Shown here: in pieces, positions 10,194-19,325 of the stretch
How positions within the stretch are numbered: position 1 is the stretch's first letter
Layout of the letters: each line of letters opens with the position of its first letter
Origin: Candidatus Uhrbacteria bacterium
GTDB taxonomy: Bacteria > Patescibacteriota > Patescibacteriia > UBA9934
Length of the DNA: 64,000 bases
Direction: 5' to 3'
NCBI GenBank assembly: GCA_018664485.1
Contig: JABJOE010000002.1
Coordinates: forward strand, 11,896-75,895
Program-made: the position numbers and the translations under genes
The notes under the pieces: generated by a model
What the model saw: the letters and a program-made list of their open reading frames with translations, nothing else
What the model was told of the DNA's origin: nothing
Database searches by the model: none

Positions 10194-12851
10194 CTATTCC
10201 TCGTCTTTCTTTTCGTTCTCCATATGTACGTCAACAGAAATAAGTTCAGGTTCTTTTTTCTCCGAATAATCAATTGGTCGAACCTCTGTTTTTTCAAATC
10301 CAGGCTTCTCGAACGTTACATAATACGTATTTGGTCCCGCCATAAAGGCGTAATGACCCTTTCCGTCTGTAAGTGTTGATTCGATTAGCTTGTTATATTT
10401 TGGCTCAAATAGACGAACCACAGTATTTGGAAGTGCTGCCTTGTCTGTCATTGTTCGAACGATTCCCCAACCTTTCTGCTTTTTGATGCGATGAGTCAGA
10501 ATACCCGTTGCCGCATACATGAATGCGTGTATGAAAACGATTACAAAACTCAGAACAGTCAGCTGAATAAATGCCACAACGATCGCAACTACCAGCCCTG
10601 CTATTGCAAGAACATGCTGGAAGATTCGAAGGAAGCGCATCATCACCAATCGTTTTGGCGTATGTAGTTTTTCAGCTTGATCAGGGTCCACTGGAATATT
10701 GGGCGTAAGAAGTACCTGATTTGCATCTACCTCAATCACACCACCCGTATATACATCAAGATAATTTCCATCTTGACTCTTTCCAGCCATGTAATCACTT
10801 GGGAATACGAATCCGGCTTTCGCCACCTTCATCGAATACCGACCCTCTTTCACCTTAAAGAAGAACCTACCCTCTTTGTCAGTTACTCGTGTCTGAACGA
10901 TCTTCCCCTGCTCACTATACAAACGAACGATAGCAAGGTCGACGGGCAATTTTGTAATACCGTTGTAGACTAGTCCGAATTTTTGTCGTCTTCGTCGTGC
11001 GAAGAACAGAATCGGCGCTGTAAATAGATAGCGCAGATAGTTCAACAAGTTAAATGATGTGGCAAGAACTCCAACGCTTGTCGCTGCGACAACGACGGTT
11101 ACCGGTGACGCCACTTCTGCGGCCACCTGAACCTCTGGGATTTCTCTTACCTCATTTACAACATCACTTATATCCGACACAAATGCTTGTGCTACATCAA
11201 CTGCCGTACCAACCACAGCAACGACTGCTATGCTCGATTCGTCAGACTCCGTATCCACAACCGGAGCCTCTATAGGCTCGAGTTCAATACTCGGATTCAA
11301 AATTCCATTTGAAACGAAAATTTGTTTCTCTGCATCGATGTATCCGGATTTTCCAGCCGTCACAAGATAAGAACCGTTTGGCACATACCAAGCGAATGCT
11401 CCATCTTGCAAGACTGTAATGGGATTTGACTGATCGTAGTCAGTTGCATCCCACTGATGTAACGAGTCTCCGCCTTCATAAACTATGACAATTGCGCCGT
11501 CAACCGGCGTACGCTCGTCGTCCAAAAGCTGGTAAACAACCCCTAAACTCTGAACGTTCCAATCGTAATAGTCAGTTATCACTTCGTCGTCACCATATGT
11601 AACAACAACCGTCGCTACAGTATCTTCAGACGCAGTTTCAACGACGCCTGCGTAGACATCGTCATCCGTTTGTGACAATTCGTATTGATTATCTCCAATA
11701 ACTAGGATAACCGTCGTGACATCATCTGAGTCGGCAACCTCAACAGATACAACTACCTCTGTGTCTGGTAATACATCAATATCTTCATCCTCCCCGAGGA
11801 AAACACTACCGTCATTACTGCTTACGGTTGTGTCGAAAGATCTTGAGTTGTCTGATCCCGATCCTGAATCACCAGAGTCATCATCGTCTGTCGATGAATC
11901 ATCTTCTGTGCCAGGGTCTTCGTCATCAGTATCGTCATCTGGATCATCGGAGTCTCCTCCCGATCCGCCGCCGCCTCCTCCGCCATCACCTGAATCGCCT
12001 CCGGAGTCTCCTCCGGAATCTCCGTCTCCGTCTCCACCACCGCCGTCGTCACCAGAATCTCCTGGGTCATCTTCTGAATCATCACCTGGGTCATCATCGG
12101 TGTCATCTCCAGGTTCCTCTTCATCATCACCTGGATCTTCTTCGGTGTCGTCACCGGGATCATCTTCATCGTCACCCGGATCATCATCGTCACCATCTCC
12201 GTCATCACCGGAATCTCCGCCATCGTCCCCTCCGCCGCCGCCTCCTCCACCTCCGCCTCCACCTCCACCTCCTGATTCTGGAATGGTAGCTGAAACCGTT
12301 CCGTCATCATTTGATGCGATTGGCAAAACTATCGTTCCGCCCATTCCTGAGGTACCGGCAACTGTTAGAAAGTATGAAGCTGCGTTTGATGGGTTTGTGA
12401 TCTGAAACGCTCCCGTTCCAGAGGATGTTGCGTTCGTTCCTATTTCCACAATAACTTCACTCGCACTTGCAACCGCTCCGCCGTCACCGGCGCATATTGT
12501 AAAAGTTACAAGGCCTGAAGATATTGTCACAGATACTTCCTCTGATCCTGTGCAGTTTGCCGCAGTTGTCAGGTCAACCCCATCGTCTGATATGTCGATG
12601 GAGTCTTCTACTATAGAAGACGTTGTGAAACTCGATGGAAAATCGATTGTAAAGGTCTCCCCTTCGTCGATCGCGTCTGAGACGGTCATGACGATCTTGT
12701 GATTGGATGCTTGTGAAACCTCAATTGATGACGGCTGGTCATACGCTGACGTAAGCGTTGTTGCCGCCAATGTTAAAGACGCCCAAGGCCCTAGAAGGGC
12801 GCTCAAGGTTATAAGGACGATCCAGAAAATGGCACGAAATGTGCGAATCAT
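10194..12851 (-). CDS. large surface protein with poly-Gly and acidic D/G/P-rich low-complexity linkers, C-terminal TM helices and two carboxypeptidase-regulatory-like domains
   Basis: The ORF runs to 12926; the probable start is M26 (MIRTFRAIFWIVLITLSALLGPWASLTLA, signal-like). It carries a 15-residue Gly run and a DDPGDDxxxDPGDD repeat. Two C-terminal segments match the CarbopepD_reg pattern (TDKEGRFFFKVKEGRYSMKVAKAGF; TDGKGHYAFMAGPNTYYVTFEKPGF), following transmembrane helices. Confidence 0.65.
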   Translation of the reverse strand: MIRTFRAIFWIVLITLSALLGPWASLTLAATTLTSAYDQPSSIEVSQASNHKIVMTVSDAIDEGETFTIDFPSSFTTSSIVEDSIDISDDGVDLTTAANCTGSEEVSVTISSGLVTFTICAGDGGAVASASEVIVEIGTNATSSGTGAFQITNPSNAASYFLTVAGTSGMGGTIVLPIASNDDGTVSATIPESGGGGGGGGGGGGGGGDDGGDSGDDGDGDDDDPGDDEDDPGDDTEEDPGDDEEEPGDDTDDDPGDDSEDDPGDSGDDGGGGDGDGDSGGDSGGDSGDGGGGGGGSGGDSDDPDDDTDDEDPGTEDDSSTDDDDSGDSGSGSDNSRSFDTTVSSNDGSVFLGEDEDIDVLPDTEVVVSVEVADSDDVTTVILVIGDNQYELSQTDDDVYAGVVETASEDTVATVVVTYGDDEVITDYYDWNVQSLGVVYQLLDDERTPVDGAIVIVYEGGDSLHQWDATDYDQSNPITVLQDGAFAWYVPNGSYLVTAGKSGYIDAEKQIFVSNGILNPSIELEPIEAPVVDTESDESSIAVVAVVGTAVDVAQAFVSDISDVVNEVREIPEVQVAAEVASPVTVVVAATSVGVLATSFNLLNYLRYLFTAPILFFARRRRQKFGLVYNGITKLPVDLAIVRLYSEQGKIVQTRVTDKEGRFFFKVKEGRYSMKVAKAGFVFPSDYMAGKSQDGNYLDVYTGGVIEVDANQVLLTPNIPVDPDQAEKLHTPKRLVMMRFLRIFQHVLAIAGLVVAIVVAFIQLTVLSFVIVFIHAFMYAATGILTHRIKKQKGWGIVRTMTDKAALPNTVVRLFEPKYNKLIESTLTDGKGHYAFMAGPNTYYVTFEKPGFEKTEVRPIDYSEKKEPELISVDVHMENEKKDEE

Positions 12852-12891
12852 AGTTTGCGAACAACTCCAGATATTTATGAAGCTGCTCAGA

Positions 12892-13770
12892 TTACGGACC
12901 GCGGGAAAATCTATGCATCCAAGCAAGGAGACCTAGAATAACGAGCGCGAAGAGTGCGCCTTTCCACGGAAAGATGATGATGTGTTGACGAGCATGAAAC
13001 ACTTCTCCGTCTTCCCATGGCTGAACTTCAAGGTCGACAGTGAAAAGACCAATAGCAAACGGTTGCTTTGTGTCTTCTTCCTGTTCTCCCCAATATGTTG
13101 TGAAGGTGCGTGTCTGCCCGCTCACAGCTCGTGAGCCCTCCACATTGACGCTATTTAAAGCGACTTCCCGGCCAAATAGGCTGGTAATACGCATCGATCC
13201 TTGTGGGATCACGACGCGTTCCCCCTCATTGCGAACACTTAGATGACCTATCACCGGCAAAGACCAACCGCCAGACGATTCAATTGTGGCATCAAGCCAA
13301 TAAACTGATTCATAGACGGGTCCAACAGTAATAAATCCTAGCGAAACAATCGCTGTCTGTACGCCAATACCCTGCGATGCCTGGTTTTGACGAGTAACCT
13401 TTACTCCGAATGTGATGACTTGAGGCTCCAAATCATCAGGTGGAGTGAAAGCTAGGTCGATCGTTCCCTGTGTGTTTGCAGCAAGCGAGAGCACGCCATC
13501 ATCAATAGAAATCCATGATGCAATTTCCTCATCCAATTTGGAGAAAGAAATTTCCTCGTACGTCTCACCAATATGTACTTGTATAATCTCGAGTTCGTAT
13601 GTCGCCTCGTCATTTTGATCATTCACCAAAATAAGTTGAGCGTCACCGGTTTCTCCTGCTGTAATTGTGACGTCGAAACTTTCCGGCCACAGCTCTTCTG
13701 CTAAACCAATATTGGGGGGAAGTAAAAGCAGTAGAGCGAAGAGGCATATGTACTTAGTAATTCCCGACAT
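12892..13770 (-). CDS. secreted protein with N-terminal signal peptide and C-terminal TM anchor (hypothetical surface protein)
   Basis: ORF to 13803; the likely start is M12 (MSGITKYICLFALLLLLPPNIGLA). C-terminal hydrophobic anchor ALFALVILGLLAWMHRFSRGP. Co-oriented with the surface operon, overlapping it by a few nucleotides. Confidence 0.55.
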   Translation of the reverse strand: MSGITKYICLFALLLLLPPNIGLAEELWPESFDVTITAGETGDAQLILVNDQNDEATYELEIIQVHIGETYEEISFSKLDEEIASWISIDDGVLSLAANTQGTIDLAFTPPDDLEPQVITFGVKVTRQNQASQGIGVQTAIVSLGFITVGPVYESVYWLDATIESSGGWSLPVIGHLSVRNEGERVVIPQGSMRITSLFGREVALNSVNVEGSRAVSGQTRTFTTYWGEQEEDTKQPFAIGLFTVDLEVQPWEDGEVFHARQHIIIFPWKGALFALVILGLLAWMHRFSRGP

Positions 13771-14674
13771 ACAGCACGGTAAGTACGTGGGAATAACTTC
13801 CATCCGTTTGAGAGCTGGTCATTCCAGCTTTAAGCGTAATGAAGTTTCTACTTGCAAAGATACTCGCCGACTCTGTTGCGATTGCTGCAAGTGTGGTTGT
13901 GATCGCCGTGTCTTGCGTGTCAAAAGTTGATGACGTAATGGATGAATCCGATGCTCGCGCACCGTATTCAGTTGATCCTGCAGTCACAGCTCCGTCACTT
14001 ACGTCTGTAATTGTGTTTGATCCATCTATTAGATCTGTATCTTCGCTGATGTAGATATCAAACCCGGAATCAACATCGCCTGATGCCTCCCAAGCAACAA
14101 TTGATGTCGCTACTGAGGAACCTGTAAGGGTTCCGAGGGAAAGTGATGAGGCATTTAGCCGATAAACTACGTCATTGCTACCGTCTATAGTTAATGAGTC
14201 ACCTGAAAGCGAGTCAATAATCAAGTCGGAGCCTGACACTGATGTGATCTTTCCTATAGCTGTTGATTGGCTTGCGCCCTCATCTTGTACAATCGCTACC
14301 ATCTGATCAGCACTAAATCCACTTGTGCTTGCAATGGTTACAGTTGTGCCAGACAGAGCACTTGAACCTACTTGGCTACTTCGATCTTGCAGATAGAGAT
14401 TAAAATCTACGACCCGATCATAGATACCACCTCTATGGCCTGCATCAAAGGAATAACTCGTTGATGTCGAATTACCTTCTGCCACACCACCAATTGAATC
14501 GCGGAGTTGATATGACGCTGATGAGCTGGAATCGCTCCCGCCAGCATTAATCACATCCCAATCAATTCGATAATTGGTTGATGACATTTGGGCATTTGCC
14601 ACCTGAGTTATAAGGAGCAATACAAATGCACATAAAGTAAGGGGGAATGCAGTGCGCACATTCATACACAGCAA
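13754..14674 (-). CDS. secreted Ser/Thr-rich beta-strand protein (first gene of the surface-protein operon)
   Basis: Signal peptide MLCMNVRTAFPLTLCAFVLLLITQVANA. The mature N-terminus is SSTNYRIDWDVINAGGSDSSSSASYQLRDSIGG, followed by an S/T/D-rich body. No known domain was recognised. Confidence 0.55.
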   Translation of the reverse strand: MLCMNVRTAFPLTLCAFVLLLITQVANAQMSSTNYRIDWDVINAGGSDSSSSASYQLRDSIGGVAEGNSTSTSYSFDAGHRGGIYDRVVDFNLYLQDRSSQVGSSALSGTTVTIASTSGFSADQMVAIVQDEGASQSTAIGKITSVSGSDLIIDSLSGDSLTIDGSNDVVYRLNASSLSLGTLTGSSVATSIVAWEASGDVDSGFDIYISEDTDLIDGSNTITDVSDGAVTAGSTEYGARASDSSITSSTFDTQDTAITTTLAAIATESASIFASRNFITLKAGMTSSQTDGSYSHVLTVLYVGNY

Positions 14675-14763
14675 TTATAAGTTGAACACATATTTGCGTC
14701 AAAGAGTGAGGGGATTATAATTTGGCCAATATTAGAGGAATCACGCTTAAAAATATGGCTAAT

Positions 14764-14816
14764 TGTGGATAAATAATTAAGAGACCCAATAGAATAAGGG
14801 TATTAGCTGTGGATAA
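14764..14816. promoter_or_regulatory. two perfect DnaA boxes (TGTGGATAA) 44 bp apart in a 1.4-kb AT-rich intergenic region
   Basis: TGTGGATAA at 14764-14772 and 14808-14816, same orientation; the 9-mer matches the consensus TTATCCACA in reverse complement. Confidence 0.5.
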
Positions 14817-15302
14817 ACTGTGAATTGCTTGAATTATACTTGTCCAGTCTAGCGTAGACAGTGTTACACGTGAATCATTCTACCTGTTTTTTTCATACAT
14901 CACCCCACCCCTCTATTCAGCCACATCTAAAGACTGCTTCGAGGATCATTCTGCACATTGTCTGTGTGGTGGCTTGTTCAAATATCAGCCACCACCCTAT
15001 CAAGTAGCTCGCACGAGCCACTGAGTACAAAAAATGATAACTATCAGCTCGTACTTCTCGCGCCAGCGCCAATGTAGAACGGCAACCCACCCGTGATACA
15101 CAGCAACTCTAAGATCTATTGAATGCTGTCGTTCGTCAATAGATATACTTAGATGCACAAACAATCAAATGCGGTTATTTGGCAAATATCAAAGGCACAC
15201 ACGAATAAACAAGCATATCCAGCAAACCAGAAACTCCGTTTCACGTGAAAAAGCCGTACCACCCCTATATAGGTAGGACCCGCTGCAATCTAGACTGATA
15301 AA

Positions 15303-15330
15303 CAAAAAAGAACCGACTGTCGGTTCAAAT
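15303..15330 (-). terminator. Rho-independent terminator (minus strand) closing the tRNA-Arg trailer region
   Basis: Hairpin gaaccgac/gtcggttc followed on the minus strand by TTTTTTG. Confidence 0.45.
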
Positions 15331-15492
15331 ATATCTCCACAAGTTATTAACACCCATTATCGGGCAAAATATGGCTATTATAGCGATTTTTTAACTAAAT
15401 GACTGTAACAACCCCAGTATCAGGTACATAATGTTGATAACTCTTAGCGCTAAGACTCTCCCCCTTCATACAATTACTTTGTCTTGAAAATA

Positions 15493-15836
15493 CTGCAGTT
15501 ACATTTTCTGCTAGGCACAGCCAACCCTCTGTAAAACCGACCTCATTGGTCGACGTCGAGCACCGCAATAGCGAAAAGTAGGTTGCCCCTATAACTGACT
15601 CCAGAGACGCTACTATTTTCTTTCAATGCGGTGTTGTCTGATCTTGGGAACGCTGCAATTTTATTTTTCTACTAGGCGCAGCAAGGACAGCAGAAAACTG
15701 AGCCAATAGCCATCATCAACACAAAGGATCGACAACAAAACTGACCATTGAGACGCCGTGCTCTTGTTTTAATACAAGGCGCTGAGAGTAGTGAAGTAAG
15801 TCGACCTGATTGGTCGACGTCGAGCAACGCATCAGC
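15493..15836. repeat. bipartite direct repeats (A1/B1 at 15493-15572; A2/B2 at 15654-15683 and 15800-15836) containing a perfect 10-bp palindrome TCGACGTCGA
   Basis: A1 ctgcagttacattttctgctaggcacagc matches A2 ctgcaattttatttttctactaggcgcagc. B1 gacctcattggtcgacgtcgagcaccgca matches B2 gacctgattggtcgacgtcgagcaacgca. A perfect 14-bp inverted repeat (15741-15754 and 15863-15876) brackets B2 and abuts the tRNA CCA end. Confidence 0.6.
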
Positions 15837-15876
15837 AACGACGTAGTAAAGCGAGAGGACAAGTCTCAATGGTCAG

Positions 15877-15953
15877 TGGAGGCCTCGGCGGGAGTCGAAC
15901 CCACAACCCTCTCCTTAGGACGGAGTTGCTCTATCCAATTGAGCTACGAGGCC
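15877..15953 (-). tRNA. tRNA-Arg (anticodon CCU), CCA encoded
   Basis: Manual fold: acceptor GGCCTCG/CGAGGCC; anticodon loop gtCCTaa; T-arm gtggg-ttcgact-cccgc; the 3' end reads ...GCC-T-CCA. Confidence 0.8.
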
Positions 15954-16068
15954 ATTTTCTTACATGCCATTATGTGTCGTAAAATACTACACCAAATCTA
16001 GCACGCTATACCGAGTGTATATGAGGCACGAAACGATGTCCATCTAAATCTGATAGAATGTAATTCCT

Positions 16069-17172
16069 ATGAATGAATTACTATATATTTTTGCAGGTGT
16101 AGCAGCCGGTGCCGTCATCGTCTACCTTACAAAACGAGGCTCTTCCCAGAATGATGATGTGTCGCAAAACGTAAACCAGCAATTGCAAACACTTCGTGAA
16201 GAGCTTCAAAGAACCAACAGTGATCAAAGACGTGAAGTTCAAGAACAGCTGCAACGCGTTGAAGATCAGCTCGGGAAAGGGATGCGTCACTCACACGATT
16301 CGATGCAACAACAGTTCCAACACACGTCAAAGATCGTTCAAGACGTCACGCAACGCCTCACAGAGCTCGATAAAACCAATAAGCAGGTCCTAGACTTTTC
16401 TTCACAGCTACAGAACCTACAAAACATTTTAAAAAATCCAAAACAGCGCGGTGTGCTTGGCGAGTACTGGCTTGAAACACTTCTTGGAAATGTTCTACCA
16501 GCTTCAAGCTACAAGATGCAATACGAAGTAGGGAAAGATGAAAAAACTTCTCAAAAACTTATCGCCGACGCTGCAATTTTCATACGAGATCAGGTTATTC
16601 CAATCGATGCTAAGTTCACGCTTGAGAACTATAATCGAATGATGCAAGAACATGACTCAGAGAGAAGAGGAAAAATTGAAAAGGCTTTCAAATCAGACGT
16701 AAAGAAACGAATCGACGAAACAAGTAAGTATATAAGGCCAGAAATGGGTACAATGAACTTTGCTTTCATGTTCATTCCAGCAGAAGGGGTTTATTACAAT
16801 CTACTTAATGCCGAAGTCGGATCGGGAATCAACAGTACAAACCTCGTTCAATACGCTTTTGAAAAACACGTAATGCTCGTGTCGCCAACTTCTTTCTACG
16901 CATACCTACAAACAGTGTTAATGGGACTTCGAGAATTAAAACTGGAAGAATCAACGACAGAAATTATCAAAAGAGTAGGGGAGCTTGGAAAACACATTGG
17001 AGCCTATCAGGATTATCATGAACGACTTGGAAAGAATCTAGGGACTGTCGTAAATCAATACAATCAATCAAGTGGGGAACTCCGAAAAGTAAGTAAGGAT
17101 GTAAATAAGATCACATCTGGTGAAATGGTCTTGATAGAAACTGAAGACATATCAAAGCCAGAAATCGAGTAA
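16069..17172 (+). CDS. rmuC: DNA recombination protein RmuC
   Basis: N-terminal TM helix, a long coiled coil (QQLQTLREELQRTNSDQRREVQEQLQRVEDQL), then a conserved RmuC nuclease-like C-terminal domain. Confidence 0.75.
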   Translation: MNELLYIFAGVAAGAVIVYLTKRGSSQNDDVSQNVNQQLQTLREELQRTNSDQRREVQEQLQRVEDQLGKGMRHSHDSMQQQFQHTSKIVQDVTQRLTELDKTNKQVLDFSSQLQNLQNILKNPKQRGVLGEYWLETLLGNVLPASSYKMQYEVGKDEKTSQKLIADAAIFIRDQVIPIDAKFTLENYNRMMQEHDSERRGKIEKAFKSDVKKRIDETSKYIRPEMGTMNFAFMFIPAEGVYYNLLNAEVGSGINSTNLVQYAFEKHVMLVSPTSFYAYLQTVLMGLRELKLEESTTEIIKRVGELGKHIGAYQDYHERLGKNLGTVVNQYNQSSGELRKVSKDVNKITSGEMVLIETEDISKPEIE

Positions 17173-17173
17173 C

Positions 17174-17205
17174 ACAAAAACGCCCGTGAGGGCGCTTTTG
17201 CTTTG
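17174..17205. terminator. bidirectional Rho-independent terminator between rmuC and rpsT
   Basis: Hairpin cgccc-gtga-gggcg with flanking A- and T-tracts. Confidence 0.6.
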
Positions 17206-17209
17206 AAGT

Positions 17210-17476
17210 TTATTTTGCTGAACGAACGATCGCAGCTTGCAATCGAGATTTGATACGAGCCGCCTTATTCTTTTTGAAGATGTTGTTCTTCGTAGCTTTA
17301 TCGATCTTCTTATCCATAAGAGGGATCATTGCCTTTGCTTCATCCTGCTGTCCTGCTTCCAAAAACTTTCGGAAACGTCGGCGTAGTGAATCGATCTCGG
17401 CACGCATGATCTTGTTCTTCTCATAACGCTTCTTGCTCTGTCGTAGAGCTTTCTTTGCATTTTCTAGATTTGGCAC
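17210..17476 (-). CDS. rpsT: 30S ribosomal protein S20
   Basis: PNLENAKKALRQSKKRYEKNK... is typical of S20. The probable start is the GTG at 17476 (ORF-track Met at 17527). Confidence 0.85.
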   Translation of the reverse strand: MPNLENAKKALRQSKKRYEKNKIMRAEIDSLRRRFRKFLEAGQQDEAKAMIPLMDKKIDKATKNNIFKKNKAARIKSRLQAAIVRSAK

Positions 17477-17577
17477 AATATTCGAGTTTAGTTCTAAAAT
17501 AATCTGTTTGAGAACGCGGTAGATCAATCCGCTTGAGACGACGAAACTATAGAGAAATTCGCGATATTTGTCAATAC

Positions 17578-18570
17578 TCAGGAACCAGAACTCATTCCGA
17601 TAACGGCGCGATCCATAGCAAACTCCATATCGACTTTTCCGTTCTTAATAAGCTTATCCAGACGATAAAGTAGGGTCTGAATGTGTAAAAGTTGGTCTTT
17701 CGTGAATCCACGAGCTTGGGAAAGAGTCTTTTGCGCCACAAATGGGTGCAATGAAAGGGAGCTGGCTACATCCTGTTTTGTCATCCCAGGGCTTGAGTCC
17801 AATAGATCACGAACGCTCAGCAATAGTCTGATCTGACGTGATAGCATGGCAAAAAGCTGATGATCTGACGTCCCAAATTGTCGCTGCGAAGACAGAAGTC
17901 CCAATACTCGTTTATATTGCCCGCCACTCAAGGCGTCCATGAGTGCAAACATCTGATCATCGCTATTAGTTCTAACCAGTAGATCAATCGCGGTCTCATC
18001 GAGTGCCGTTCCTCCCGAATATGCTGCCAGTTTCTCAAGTTCCCCTGACAATTGCCAAAGATCTGAGCCAACTCGCGACACAACCGTGCCAAGCAGCCGT
18101 CTATCGATCGACAAACCGATCTGTTTTGCATATTGATCAGCCCAGCTTGATAGCGCCCCGCCCGCAAGCGCTTCAAAAGGATATGAGTGCACGCCTTCTT
18201 GATCGACGAACGCCTTAACCATCGCGTGGCGAACCATCTTCTTCACAGATACACCATCCCAAACAACAACGATCGTAGACTCCGGTATTCGAGCAAATGC
18301 CTCGATCCATTCCTTGGCATCTTTCTTGGTTGAGTAAGTTTCACAAAGTCCACGCACAATCACCATGCGCTTTGCACCCAAAAACGGAGGCGCCTGAATT
18401 CCAGACATCACTTCCCCGAACTTCACCTTACCTACAACAAATTCCGCCACGTTCATGCCAGATGGATCGTGTTTCGCGACAAAATGCTCACGAAGCTGAG
18501 CCAACTTGTGAAGACTTGAATATGTATTTTCTCCAAACACAAAGATGAGCATAGGAGCCCATCTTATCAC
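17578..18570 (-). CDS. holA: DNA polymerase III delta subunit
   Basis: HolA-like N-terminal fold (MLIFVFGENTYSSLHKLAQLREHF...) and length. The start may be the internal Met at 18552. Confidence 0.65.
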   Translation of the reverse strand: MIRWAPMLIFVFGENTYSSLHKLAQLREHFVAKHDPSGMNVAEFVVGKVKFGEVMSGIQAPPFLGAKRMVIVRGLCETYSTKKDAKEWIEAFARIPESTIVVVWDGVSVKKMVRHAMVKAFVDQEGVHSYPFEALAGGALSSWADQYAKQIGLSIDRRLLGTVVSRVGSDLWQLSGELEKLAAYSGGTALDETAIDLLVRTNSDDQMFALMDALSGGQYKRVLGLLSSQRQFGTSDHQLFAMLSRQIRLLLSVRDLLDSSPGMTKQDVASSLSLHPFVAQKTLSQARGFTKDQLLHIQTLLYRLDKLIKNGKVDMEFAMDRAVIGMSSGS

Positions 18571-18593
18571 AGGTTAATTTTACCCATCGTTGA

Positions 18594-19187
18594 TCAACAA
18601 AGGGTGTACGACTGTCTATGGATCGCACATGGTCCTATTCGCGAAATAGACTCCCGGTGACCTTTCGTTCCGTAGCCCTTATGCCCATCAAATCCATACA
18701 GTGGATACTGATCATGATAGGCTCGCATCATACGATCACGTGTAACCTTGGCGATAATTGATGCGGCGGCGATAGACGTAACCTCTCGGTCTCCCTTAAT
18801 AATCCCCAGTTGTTCCACAGTGAGTCCCGGTACTGTCCAAGCATCCACAAGTGCGAAGTCTACCTCCTCTACCTGTCCTACAGCACGACGCATAGCAAGG
18901 TATGTAGCCTGGCGAATGTTCATCGCATCTATCTCACGGGCGGAAGCCCCACCAACAGACCAAGCAACTGCAGTCTGCACGATTTTCTCATAAGCTCGCT
19001 CACGTTGACGCTCTGAAAGCATCTTTGAATCACGCACAAGCTCAATCTCTACACCTAACGGCAAAACAACAGCAGCGGCAACAACAGGACCCGCGAGTGC
19101 ACCAGCACCAGCCTCATCTACGCCAACAATTTGGCAGTAGCCTTGAGCCACTAATGCTCGCTCGTGTTGAAATGTTGGAGTATTCAT
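18594..19187 (-). CDS. rnhB: ribonuclease HII
   Basis: GVDEAGAGALAGPVVAAAVVLP catalytic motif. The start is taken as MNTPTFQ (ORF to 19232). Confidence 0.9.
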   Translation of the reverse strand: MNTPTFQHERALVAQGYCQIVGVDEAGAGALAGPVVAAAVVLPLGVEIELVRDSKMLSERQRERAYEKIVQTAVAWSVGGASAREIDAMNIRQATYLAMRRAVGQVEEVDFALVDAWTVPGLTVEQLGIIKGDREVTSIAAASIIAKVTRDRMMRAYHDQYPLYGFDGHKGYGTKGHRESISRIGPCAIHRQSYTLC

Positions 19188-19325
19188 AAATATAGTATAG
19201 CAAAGTCGTATCTCGGCATGCCCTTCGTCCATACACAGCCCAATAGTTATATTAAACTCGGCAGTTATATATGATAAAGTGTACGCATAATACTAAGCGG
19301 TAGAATATTTCAATAATCGATTCAT

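Noticed and set aside
11716-12405. Three overlapping ORFs (229 aa +, 162 aa -, 153 aa +) inside the 910-aa gene
   Set aside because: They are shadow ORFs produced by the poly-Gly and D/G/P-rich repeat region. Their translations are homopolymeric (S/P-rich, E/M/T-rich, R/H/L-rich).
15493-15836. Possible CRISPR array or attC sites suggested by the direct repeats
   Set aside because: Only two copies with unequal spacing (80 bp versus 183 bp), no repeat-spacer periodicity, and no cas or intI genes in the window.
1608-15953. Hypothesis that the whole surface-protein region is a genomic island integrated at tRNA-Arg(CCU)
   Set aside because: I could find no integrase and no direct repeat of the tRNA 3' end at a distal boundary (checked around 1400-1607 and 2829-2899).
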